A DNA stretch of 64,000 nt from a virus, in the IMG/VR virus record IMGVR_UViG_3300027733_000030, positions 1-64,000 of that record. One strand, written 5' to 3'. Of this stretch, positions 47,272-56,079 are shown piece after piece. The position numbers were made by a program, and so were the translations under genes. Numbering within the stretch: the first letter of the stretch is position 1; every line of letters begins with the position of its first letter. The notes beneath the pieces were generated by a model. That model had not been told where the DNA came from. It did no database searches and worked only from the letters and a program-made list of their open reading frames with translations.

Positions 47272-47981
47272 GATACACCAGTTAATAGTGGTATTGATAC
47301 AGGAAATTTATCAATAATTAAATCTTTAACAGCGCGAGCATAGTCTTGAATTTCTCTTTGGGCGTCTTCTTCAAGGCGTTGATTTAGGAATAGGGCTACT
47401 GATTGCAGGCTGCATGACCATCTATAAATGACATACATTCCATATGCTGGAAGGAATAGTCTTGCTTGTTCAGCTGCTACACCATTTTGCATTGCCATAT
47501 TATAAAGAGCTTCTCCCTGTTGAATATAGTCTTCTAATTGTTGAGTCAAAAGCGTTCCAGTCCAAGGGTCAAGGGGTCCTCCGGATCCCTGTTTTTTATT
47601 GTCTGGTGCCAGTCTCCATTCTTCTTGTGATGGAATATAAAATTCAGGTTCAGAAGTTATATATCTTCTACTAGATTCATTCCATGAATCCATAGTATGA
47701 TCAGATCCAATAACATACTTCCAATGCTGACGAGCAACCATTAACGGTGCCTTAATTTCAAAAGTCATAAACGCATGTCTGAAAGGTGACATATGATTTT
47801 CTCTTGCTAAATAATCGATTAATCGTGCATCTCTTGCAGATAAAGTAGTTGATTCTTTAGCGAAAGAAGCTCGTGCGGCATTGGCTACACTAAGATCTGA
47901 ACCCATTACGTCTACTAATCTTACGTAACCTTTATCTAAAACTTTTTTAATGGAGGGTTCATTAACTGAATCATATTCCAT
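47268..47981 (-). CDS. thyX: FAD-dependent thymidylate synthase
   Basis: HMSPF, ARQHWKY, SWNESSRRY, AQREI; GGAG RBS before MEYDS. Confidence 0.93.
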   Translation of the reverse strand: MEYDSVNEPSIKKVLDKGYVRLVDVMGSDLSVANAARASFAKESTTLSARDARLIDYLARENHMSPFRHAFMTFEIKAPLMVARQHWKYVIGSDHTMDSWNESSRRYITSEPEFYIPSQEEWRLAPDNKKQGSGGPLDPWTGTLLTQQLEDYIQQGEALYNMAMQNGVAAEQARLFLPAYGMYVIYRWSCSLQSVALFLNQRLEEDAQREIQDYARAVKDLIIDKFPVSIPLLTGVS

Positions 47982-48330
47982 TTTCATCTCCTTCATCATC
48001 TATGTCAAAATCAGAGTAATATTCTACCATACATTCATTAAAATCTTCAGATATTTTATAGAGCGAAGACAATAAACTACTGTAAACGTTATGCCCAGTA
48101 GTTATTAATTGTTCTTCTCCATCAACTGCATTTATTAGAACTTCAGATATATGGCTCATTGCATCTGATAAAGATTGCTGGATTAAAAGAAGTTCCTTTA
48201 ATCCAAGTTTTACATCTTTTTCAAAATGATCTGACATATCTTTTAATTCATCTGAACTAACAATTTCAGTAAATATTTTTTCAAAATCTTCATTATCAAA
48301 GTTTTCTTTTTCAGGCATGGTATTTGTCAC
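47971..48330 (-). CDS. acidic hypothetical protein
   Basis: 119 aa, coupled between nrdJ and thyX. Confidence 0.65.
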   Translation of the reverse strand: MTNTMPEKENFDNEDFEKIFTEIVSSDELKDMSDHFEKDVKLGLKELLLIQQSLSDAMSHISEVLINAVDGEEQLITTGHNVYSSLLSSLYKISEDFNECMVEYYSDFDIDDEGDENGI

Positions 48331-50261
48331 TTAATTGGACAGGCTCCACCTTCACACTCAAGACTATCTAATAAATCTATATTGCTAGAATCGGCAAAAT
48401 TAATTCCATCTTTAATTTTGGACTTTAGTTTATTATATGTGTCCAATGTAATTTCTTCATACGGAGCCATAATAAAACCATGATCACTATGAAGAAGGAA
48501 TGAAACTGACTTCACTTTATTCTTATAGTTTTTCTTCATCCATTCTTGGATTTCAGGAAGTTCTTCTTTACGATAATATACCGTAACACTTACATTATTA
48601 TCTGCCCAACTTGTTTGAGCGCGGACTACCCATTCGAGTTGCTGTATGGCTGTCATTTCTTTTGCCAACGTCGCATGTTCGGGTGTTTCGCATGGGAATT
48701 CTACTACGCAAATTGTATGATTTTCCTTGCCATCTAATCCAATGTCATATTGAACTTTATGACCTTTTTCTCTACAATAATTAACCAACGGATCGTTGCT
48801 GCCCATGCGTACGCGGCGAATATAATATTGCGCATACGCTGGATGAATACCAGGAGTAACTCCAGCTAAAAGGCTCAATGTGCCACTAGGCTTAACTGTT
48901 GTTAACTTAATTGATTTATTAATTTTGATTTCATTTGACCACTTTTCGTCAACAGCTTTAAGATTCTTATAAGCGTCGTCAACCCAAGACAATTGTTCTT
49001 CCGTGGCTTGGAGCCAGCCAGTAATACCTTGACCTAATCTTCTATTTCGCTCAATTACATCTCGGCTCTTTTTGTATGGATAAGCCAATGTTGTAATGGC
49101 TTTTTGCGTCTTATAAAGAAGTGCACTAACATCAAATAATTCTTCCTTAGAAGAAATATTGGGTAAGAAAATTTCAGCCAGATTACAAGGCTCACCGTCT
49201 TCTAAGCCAATTTCCCCACATGGATTAGTTCCAATAACTTTATTGTCATTAACTTTTTCGCCAAGTCGACCATTCTTACGAATTAAATTACGGTTAATCA
49301 AACCATACGGCTCACCAGATCCATCATAACCCTTCCAGAATTCATCAATTATTTCATCATATGAATCTGCGTAAATTGAGTTATTAGAGTTTGCACGCCA
49401 AGCTGGAATATCTCCCTTACCCCAATTCTTAGCCTTTAAGAAGAGGAAGTCATCAGGATCTCCAATGGCGATTTGAGCAGAACGGCGGGCAGAACCAGCT
49501 ACCACTATTTTGCCTATTATGTTAGCGATATCTAGGGCGTCGATGGAACGAATTTTCTTTCCAACTCTAGCATTAAGAATCTCACATATATTTTGAATTC
49601 CCTCAATGAGAACTTCAGGGCCTGAGGCTGTTCCCCCAAATGTCTTGAGAGTAGCGCCATATCCACGAACTAGAATGGTGCTATAAGTAAAGGATTCTCC
49701 AGTTTCAAAATAACTCTTGAGAACCTTACCAAGCAAAGCTGACCAACCGTTGCGTGAATCACCTACAATAAAGTCAGCGTCGTTAGTCTTTTCATGGCGA
49801 ACATAGCCAACATTTTGTACTTTGGGGAAATCGTGAACACTAGCTCTTTCGACTGTAAAACCGACTCCACCGCCAACCATTAAATGGTCCATTAAAAACT
49901 GAAAATCTTCAACTTTTGAGATTGTTGTCATCCAACAATTAACCAAAGAAACGCCACTCATTTTTTCTACTAGGGGTGTGCCTAACTGCCACAAGCACCG
50001 TCCGGCAAAAATACCTTTAAGATTAAAAATATAATCAAATAATCTTTCAGCTTCTTCTTTCGTATAATTCGCCCCAATTGCTTGGGCTCCATTGATGCAG
50101 CGTTCAATCGTCTCATGCCAGTATTCTTTACGGCCTAGAGATTCAATGTCTCTTGAATAAGTTCTGCGATAGACTATTTCCCCTAAACCATTAAAGCCCC
50201 AAGGTGCTTTTTTATCTGCGTATGAATTAACGAATTCTTTTGAAAGAATAATATTTTCCAT
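48327..50261 (-). CDS. nrdJ: class II adenosylcobalamin-dependent ribonucleotide reductase (monomeric RTPR type)
   Basis: NPCGEI, EPCNLAE, TTVKPSGT, C-terminal CEGGACPIK; no small subunit nearby. Confidence 0.92.
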   Translation of the reverse strand: MENIILSKEFVNSYADKKAPWGFNGLGEIVYRRTYSRDIESLGRKEYWHETIERCINGAQAIGANYTKEEAERLFDYIFNLKGIFAGRCLWQLGTPLVEKMSGVSLVNCWMTTISKVEDFQFLMDHLMVGGGVGFTVERASVHDFPKVQNVGYVRHEKTNDADFIVGDSRNGWSALLGKVLKSYFETGESFTYSTILVRGYGATLKTFGGTASGPEVLIEGIQNICEILNARVGKKIRSIDALDIANIIGKIVVAGSARRSAQIAIGDPDDFLFLKAKNWGKGDIPAWRANSNNSIYADSYDEIIDEFWKGYDGSGEPYGLINRNLIRKNGRLGEKVNDNKVIGTNPCGEIGLEDGEPCNLAEIFLPNISSKEELFDVSALLYKTQKAITTLAYPYKKSRDVIERNRRLGQGITGWLQATEEQLSWVDDAYKNLKAVDEKWSNEIKINKSIKLTTVKPSGTLSLLAGVTPGIHPAYAQYYIRRVRMGSNDPLVNYCREKGHKVQYDIGLDGKENHTICVVEFPCETPEHATLAKEMTAIQQLEWVVRAQTSWADNNVSVTVYYRKEELPEIQEWMKKNYKNKVKSVSFLLHSDHGFIMAPYEEITLDTYNKLKSKIKDGINFADSSNIDLLDSLECEGGACPIK

Positions 50262-50264
50262 TTG

Positions 50265-50975
50265 TTATGCTCCTATTTTATTTTCTATTTTTCTTATGTA
50301 TTTAGGGTTTATTTTAGCTATCTCTGTTGACTTTATTTTGCATATCTGGTCTAACGTATACACCTTATGTATTTGTTTTTCAAAAAAGTATCCGCTTCGC
50401 CAGTTGAATACTTTATTGACAAATACCTTATGATTCACAAACATATTACATATTACAGCACCGCCATATGCTTTAACAATATTCTTGAATTTATTTTCAA
50501 TATCCTCACGATTATTATCATTTATGCACTCATGGCTTACAGCTGACTCGTATAGCCAGTTGTAAGCTTGTCTAGTCATTGGTGCTATGTCAATTGGCTC
50601 TACAATACCAAGTGTTATTATTTTATTCCTATTTTTAGATATCTCAAGATCTTCTTTTAGAACATCTATAAATACCTTAAACCAATCGTCTCTATAGAAT
50701 TGTTTCCATGCGGTACACCAGAATAGTAAGTTACTGGGTGGATCTGGTATGGGCGTATTTTCTACTAGAGGAAGTATAGTAGCGCAGGCTACTGCTCGTT
50801 TAATGTGATCTTTTGCTTCAGTTTCGTTACTAAATTTGTTCATTGAATTTTTCCATAGGGCAGCAATGTGTTCCGACCAACTTATATCTGCTATGTACAG
50901 TTTTAAATACTTTTCTGCGACAGAGAGTGGAAGGCTATTGGTATTAATAGCTTCTTCTATTTCTTTCATTGACAT
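50265..50975 (-). CDS. hypothetical protein
   Basis: 236 aa, AAGGA RBS. Confidence 0.7.
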   Translation of the reverse strand: MSMKEIEEAINTNSLPLSVAEKYLKLYIADISWSEHIAALWKNSMNKFSNETEAKDHIKRAVACATILPLVENTPIPDPPSNLLFWCTAWKQFYRDDWFKVFIDVLKEDLEISKNRNKIITLGIVEPIDIAPMTRQAYNWLYESAVSHECINDNNREDIENKFKNIVKAYGGAVICNMFVNHKVFVNKVFNWRSGYFFEKQIHKVYTLDQICKIKSTEIAKINPKYIRKIENKIGA

Positions 50976-51041
50976 TTAGAATCCTTCATAAGATTGGATA
51001 AACAGGTTAAAAGGTATAAAAGGCTGACATTAATAAGACAA

Positions 51042-51060
51042 CCCCGCCATTAAGGCGGGG
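51042..51060 (-). terminator. GC hairpin (terminator or attenuator)
   Basis: CCCCGCC-TTAAT-GGCGGGG followed by TTGTCTT. Confidence 0.6.
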
Positions 51061-51093
51061 CTGCTTATAGTTCTTGCTTCCTGCATGCACACT

Positions 51094-51102
51094 ATTATAG
51101 CA
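51094..51102 (-). promoter_or_regulatory. extended -10 promoter TGCTATAAT
   Basis: intergenic, upstream of the nucleotide-metabolism operon. Confidence 0.55.
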
Positions 51103-51134
51103 TGGGCAGCTGGAGACTTGTATGAGATTAACAA

Positions 51135-51332
51135 TTATTTGATCGTTGCTGCACTTTCGGGATCGCCAACTTTTGTTGCGACGAGACCTTTAACGACACT
51201 TATTGCTGCTGCAACAGCTGCTGTAGCTGCTGACTTAATTTCGTCAACACCACCAACTGTATAGACTGCAATAAAAGCTTGTGCTGCTGTCCAAATAGCT
51301 CTTTCTAAAATATCTTTTTGTAATTTATTCAT
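51135..51332 (-). CDS. holin (r1t-like)
   Basis: ILERAIWTAAQAFIA and a second hydrophobic helix. Confidence 0.75.
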   Translation of the reverse strand: MNKLQKDILERAIWTAAQAFIAVYTVGGVDEIKSAATAAVAAAISVVKGLVATKVGDPESAATIK

Positions 51333-51342
51333 AGTACCTACC

Positions 51343-51609
51343 TTAGGAAAAATTCTTTCTAATTAGCTTCTCTATAAGAAGATGAAAAGTTAAACCTAGC
51401 CACACTCCTGTGAATATACTTCCTGTTATTTTATTCTCTGTATGTCTCCAAAAAGCTCTAGTTAATGTTTCGATCTTTTTGGACTTTATGGCATATATAT
51501 CATATGCTATAATTCCTAAAGCTAGTCCACCCCAAGCGAAAGTTCCACTCTTTTTATCCTCTTTATCAAGGACTAGGGGAGTACTAAAAAAATTAGAGAG
51601 CTTGCGCAG
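51343..51609 (-). CDS. two-TM membrane protein, probable CTG start (not in ORF track)
   Basis: open frame AWGGLALGIIAYDIYAIKSKKIETLTRAFWR...VWLGLTFHLL; no ATG; GGAG 6 nt before CTG. Confidence 0.55.
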   Translation of the reverse strand: MRKLSNFFSTPLVLDKEDKKSGTFAWGGLALGIIAYDIYAIKSKKIETLTRAFWRHTENKITGSIFTGVWLGLTFHLLIEKLIRKNFS

Positions 51610-52222
51610 AAGCTACTCCAAACCACTGCTTGACTTTTTTGCGACCGTAATCACTCGGATCATTAGCTTGACCAAAGGTAGTTGGGAATGCCTTTACGCT
51701 TGCAACGCCATGAAACTCAGTAGGCTGGAAGAAACCGAAAGACGAGGGAGCTCCCTGCGCTTCCGTTCTTTGACCGTGACCGGTATTACTGAATATGTTG
51801 GCGGATGTAACACCGTCGAAAATATAATTATTGTAGAACGAGTAAGTAGTAACTCTTCCTGATTCGTGACCAAATATTGACGGGAATGCCTTGGCGCCAG
51901 TTAGACCCTTGAATTCCATTGGTCTAAATCTTGAACCTTCGTAATGTGCACCGTCCTGGAATAAACCAGCTAATGGATGAATGTACAGAGTGGTGCCATT
52001 AAACACCTGTGATAGGAATCTATTACCAGGACGATTACCAGTACCAGGAATATTATGATTATCAGGAGCGCCATCTAGAACATGGCTTGTGCTATATAAC
52101 GGATAAAAAGAATAAGTGCCAGTGCCCTTAGCTTTTCCTGTCATTGATGTATATGGATTGACCATTCCAGCAGTGGTTCTACCCTTTAAAACTGGTCTAG
52201 GTCCTACGTAAAAAGTGGCCAT
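51593..52222 (-). CDS. Gly/aromatic-rich probable virion protein with internal repeats
   Basis: 209 aa; AAGGAG RBS; repeated FxG(V/L)xxAxAF motif. Confidence 0.65.
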   Translation of the reverse strand: MATFYVGPRPVLKGRTTAGMVNPYTSMTGKAKGTGTYSFYPLYSTSHVLDGAPDNHNIPGTGNRPGNRFLSQVFNGTTLYIHPLAGLFQDGAHYEGSRFRPMEFKGLTGAKAFPSIFGHESGRVTTYSFYNNYIFDGVTSANIFSNTGHGQRTEAQGAPSSFGFFQPTEFHGVASVKAFPTTFGQANDPSDYGRKKVKQWFGVASAQAL

Positions 52223-52254
52223 TTATTTTCTCCTTATGAAAACTACGTGACTTT

Positions 52255-52260
52255 ATAGTA
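52255..52260 (-). promoter_or_regulatory. candidate late-promoter motif (G)TACTAT
   Basis: intergenic, 32 nt upstream of ATG 52222. Confidence 0.4.
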
Positions 52261-52284
52261 CAGAAAAATTTGCTTTTTTAAACA

Positions 52285-53550
52285 TTACACATAATTAATA
52301 ATTAAATCAGTTAACATTGGGGCAGTTTTATCATCTAACATATTCAATGTAACTTCAATCCATACTGAATTTGAAGCTCCCGGATTACTTAAGGTATAGG
52401 TGCCAGAATCATTATAAATAACTCTATAGCTAAAAGCGCTATTTATGAGGCTTGAGGGAACATTATATATTTTAGCAGTGACGTTAGTCACATCTGTTAT
52501 TACATCACCATCCGGGGCTGTAAATTTAATTATTGTTCTACCACTAGATAGGAACTTTTCATATCTAATATCTAAATCAGATAATCCATAAGTATATATA
52601 AATTTTCCAAGTTCGGTAAAATAATTTCTTTGAACAAACTTAATTCTTATTGCGGTCATATCAGTATCAGGAAATACAAATGCCACTGGTGGACAGTTTC
52701 GTATGGTGTCTGAGCCAGACGTAGACCAACCTCCCGGTGGAACCTTTCCGATTGCTTCTGATACTCCATCATAATATGATTTTTTATTTAAAGAAGTCCA
52801 ACCATCAGAATCAGCTAAAGCCGGATTCTGCTTAGAGGTATATTCAATACTAAATAAATCAACACCAAATGCTGGGTATGGATTAAGTTTAATGGTATTA
52901 GTTTTCAATGATCCAGCAGCCTCTGCAGGTATTTTGACATAGAGCATCATTTGCGCTCCGGCCATAGATGATGACTCAACTATTACATTTCTTTTCCAAA
53001 CTTTATCTGGGGCATCGAGAATAGCATTGTAGATTGGGGTGGTATCAATGACTGCACCATTTCCATCTACCCCAGCAAAGGCTGTGTCTATTTTAGCCTT
53101 AAAGAAATCGGGTACTATTTGGCCCACAGATGGACTAGTAAACTTTAACTTTGAAAATGAACCACTGGATATCTTTGGTAAAGTAATGGTATTGTATATT
53201 GGATCAAAACTCAAAAGTTCTGTACCTGCCACAGCAAAAGAAGAACCAACTAGAGTTGAATAATCTATTTGGCTAAAGGAATGTAAGGAGATTGTGTTTG
53301 AGGCAGCTTCTAGTGCGCTTACTCTATTGGTAAGATCTTCTACAGCTGACGATAAAAATTTATGATCTTTAATTACTCTCTCAAAAGCTTGAGATAATTT
53401 ATTGTCAATAATATTAGATTTATTATAAAGATAAACTAAATCTTTGTAATTTTCTTCTATTCTTTCGTTATAATCGGAACTTTGAACAGGACCATTATAT
53501 TGATAATCTCTTTTTTTAGTATTAAGTATGTCAGCCATATTAATTGCCAT
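52285..53550 (-). CDS. virion structural protein (baseplate/tail-like)
   Basis: 421 aa; N-terminal GPVQSSDYN...DLVYLY motif, beta-rich C-terminus. Confidence 0.55.
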   Translation of the reverse strand: MAINMADILNTKKRDYQYNGPVQSSDYNERIEENYKDLVYLYNKSNIIDNKLSQAFERVIKDHKFLSSAVEDLTNRVSALEAASNTISLHSFSQIDYSTLVGSSFAVAGTELLSFDPIYNTITLPKISSGSFSKLKFTSPSVGQIVPDFFKAKIDTAFAGVDGNGAVIDTTPIYNAILDAPDKVWKRNVIVESSSMAGAQMMLYVKIPAEAAGSLKTNTIKLNPYPAFGVDLFSIEYTSKQNPALADSDGWTSLNKKSYYDGVSEAIGKVPPGGWSTSGSDTIRNCPPVAFVFPDTDMTAIRIKFVQRNYFTELGKFIYTYGLSDLDIRYEKFLSSGRTIIKFTAPDGDVITDVTNVTAKIYNVPSSLINSAFSYRVIYNDSGTYTLSNPGASNSVWIEVTLNMLDDKTAPMLTDLIINYV

Positions 53551-53950
53551 TCTCTAATCTTTGTATTTTATTTAATAAACGAGAAAGTTTAGAACTAATT
53601 TTATTCATTATATCTATTTCTAAATTTTCTTCCACTGAACCATCTTTATCTATAAAAATATTTACATTGTCTATTGAGTAACTCAATCCATCATTAAGAT
53701 TGACAGTGTTAGTAACGTCAGTAATATTCCCAATTAAATAAGTTAATTTATTTAAAATACTTATATCGATTAATTCTAGTTCATTTAATATTCTGTTTAA
53801 ATCTAACTGCAAAAAATTAGTCTCTAAATTTTCAGATTGACTTTCCCTGGTTCCCCTAAATCTTACTCTATTAACTTGAAATAAAGGTTCTCTAATTCTT
53901 TTGGTAATTTTTGAATTATTATAAATTGTACTCATTATTCCTCTTATCAA
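53540..53950 (-). CDS. virion structural protein
   Basis: 136 aa; related N-terminal motif. Confidence 0.5.
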   Translation of the reverse strand: MIRGIMSTIYNNSKITKRIREPLFQVNRVRFRGTRESQSENLETNFLQLDLNRILNELELIDISILNKLTYLIGNITDVTNTVNLNDGLSYSIDNVNIFIDKDGSVEENLEIDIMNKISSKLSRLLNKIQRLENGN

Positions 53951-56079
53951 CTATCATTATGTTTGAATTTAATTCTAATAGAATCTATTAAAGGTGTTTG
54001 AAGTGGGTTTTCATACCTAACCAAATCGGCGCGGTATCTTATGGCAGTAACAGTGTCAGACACATTGGAATAATACCGCAATAAAGATTTTCCAGAAATT
54101 TCTCTTGAAGATAGAATTTCTCTTCTGCCATAGAAGTTGTCTATTGTAAATAGATTGGCACTTATATCTATTCTTCTTCGGAATTCCATCGGGTCTAAAT
54201 ACGAGAAATAATCTAAGAACATGGTTCCATATTCAATGAGATTTTTATTAGACATTAAATCAAAATTAATAAGCCCAGAAAAATTCTTATCATAAGTTAT
54301 GACTATATTATTAATCCCAGTAACAAAGTTCCATTCTATAGTAGAGGAAATTACACCCGCTGGAAGGTCTGCTATAAGGCTACCATTCAAGTATACCGCT
54401 AAGTTAAAATCTTCTCTACTCTTTACGACTTTATGGGAAACTTTATATTCTTTAGTCGTCAATAATTTTGTTTCCATTAAACCAACAGTAGAGGAATAAA
54501 TTGATGGATTTATATTACTAATTTGATTTAGTATAATATTTTTATTTAATTCATTTACATCATTAAGGGAGATTTTTTCTGTCCAAATATTTAAAGATTT
54601 ATAATACTCTATATCCGTATTTGAACTTCCAGTCAATATATTGTAATGCCTATAACAATTTAAATTGCCTAGAATATATGGATCTATAAATTGATCATTA
54701 TCGTTCACTACAGTAACACGATATGCTTCCTTATCGGTATATGGAATAATCGCGGGATTTGCTTCATTAATATTATCTGGAGAATTGTTAATTGGTATAA
54801 ATCCTAATTCTTCATTTGAGACATCTATATATTTTAATTGAGCGTTAGATCCACTAAGATTAACAATTTTTTGTGCTGAATTTTCTAATGATGAACTTAG
54901 TTCAATGGGTATCCAATTGAAGTCTGCAATCTGTTCGGCATTTTCATTATCCGCTGCAACATAATACTTAATGTCTGTACCAGAAACTAATTGTTCTTTT
55001 GTTTCAATTGAAATTGAATTTATTGTTAATCTATTATTATCTGAAGTTGGGATTGAAATCGGAGCTGAAACTATTGTGGCTTCCTGATCATAATAGTCGG
55101 CATTGATTACTAGTTCCCTTATTCCAAATTTATATATATAAGGATTTGATGAATTATTTTGTATTTGATCTGGCTCAGTTTTAAAAATAGTTAATTTTAT
55201 ACTTCTATAGAAGTCAGCTGGAATATTAAAAGAAAATCTATTGTAATCTTTTTTAGAATCTTGCGATCTAAGTTGTTCTGGCTTATTATTGTCTGTGCTG
55301 GATGCGGTCATATAAATTGAACATGGCGAAGATGTCAATAATGATCCACTGATTCTTGACAAATTATAAGACAAATTTATTGGTATATCCAAAGTTAGAA
55401 CTACGACAGATGGTTGTGGCGCACTATATGTATATGACCAATAAGTATCATTTAATCCATCAAAAACAGATTCAAAATTTTGTATATCAACATTATTGAC
55501 AACAGATTGATTATTTGACAAAACACTATATTTTGCATTTGAAGAGGTTATATTATTAGTAGTAAGGGCATTTGAAATGCTATTAGTTATTTTTGGTATA
55601 CTAACATTATTATTTAGTATATCAACATAGGCGGACGTTATATTCATGTCAATTTTATCTAAGTTAGAGAAACTTTCTAAATAAGAATAAAAGTATCCAT
55701 CTGAATTTGAATTCGCAAATAATAGATCATCTATTTTATTTTCTAATATTTTTCTTTTACTTTTTAGATTATCTAATTTATTATTTAAAGATGTAACAAT
55801 AGAAAATACTTCTTGGTTGTTTTCTACGATACAATCATATAGAACCTCTACATTAAGAAGAGTGTTAGCCATTAATTCATTTATCAAATTAACATCTGTT
55901 TTTGCAACAATATCTAATTTTGTATAATCTAAAGGAATTGGTTGACCAAATTGATAAACAGAAAAATATTCTCCAAATAATTTTCTTATTTCTTTTTCCG
56001 AAGGTTTTCTTCCTTGGGAATAAAGTAATTTATATATATTACCTAGAAATTTTCTTTTTTGAATAGATGATATATTCAT
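53947..56079 (-). CDS. virion structural protein
   Basis: 710 aa; N-terminal coiled coil followed by beta-rich domains. Confidence 0.55.
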   Translation of the reverse strand: MNISSIQKRKFLGNIYKLLYSQGRKPSEKEIRKLFGEYFSVYQFGQPIPLDYTKLDIVAKTDVNLINELMANTLLNVEVLYDCIVENNQEVFSIVTSLNNKLDNLKSKRKILENKIDDLLFANSNSDGYFYSYLESFSNLDKIDMNITSAYVDILNNNVSIPKITNSISNALTTNNITSSNAKYSVLSNNQSVVNNVDIQNFESVFDGLNDTYWSYTYSAPQPSVVVLTLDIPINLSYNLSRISGSLLTSSPCSIYMTASSTDNNKPEQLRSQDSKKDYNRFSFNIPADFYRSIKLTIFKTEPDQIQNNSSNPYIYKFGIRELVINADYYDQEATIVSAPISIPTSDNNRLTINSISIETKEQLVSGTDIKYYVAADNENAEQIADFNWIPIELSSSLENSAQKIVNLSGSNAQLKYIDVSNEELGFIPINNSPDNINEANPAIIPYTDKEAYRVTVVNDNDQFIDPYILGNLNCYRHYNILTGSSNTDIEYYKSLNIWTEKISLNDVNELNKNIILNQISNINPSIYSSTVGLMETKLLTTKEYKVSHKVVKSREDFNLAVYLNGSLIADLPAGVISSTIEWNFVTGINNIVITYDKNFSGLINFDLMSNKNLIEYGTMFLDYFSYLDPMEFRRRIDISANLFTIDNFYGRREILSSREISGKSLLRYYSNVSDTVTAIRYRADLVRYENPLQTPLIDSIRIKFKHNDS

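Noticed and set aside
33935-50261. Inteins or introns in dnaE, helicase or nrdJ
   Set aside because: Lengths and motif spacing look uninterrupted; no intein C-terminal HN motif or LAGLIDADG seen
50976-51134. Cobalamin riboswitch ahead of the nrdJ operon
   Set aside because: Leader too short and lacks the conserved GGGAA/GCCACTG elements
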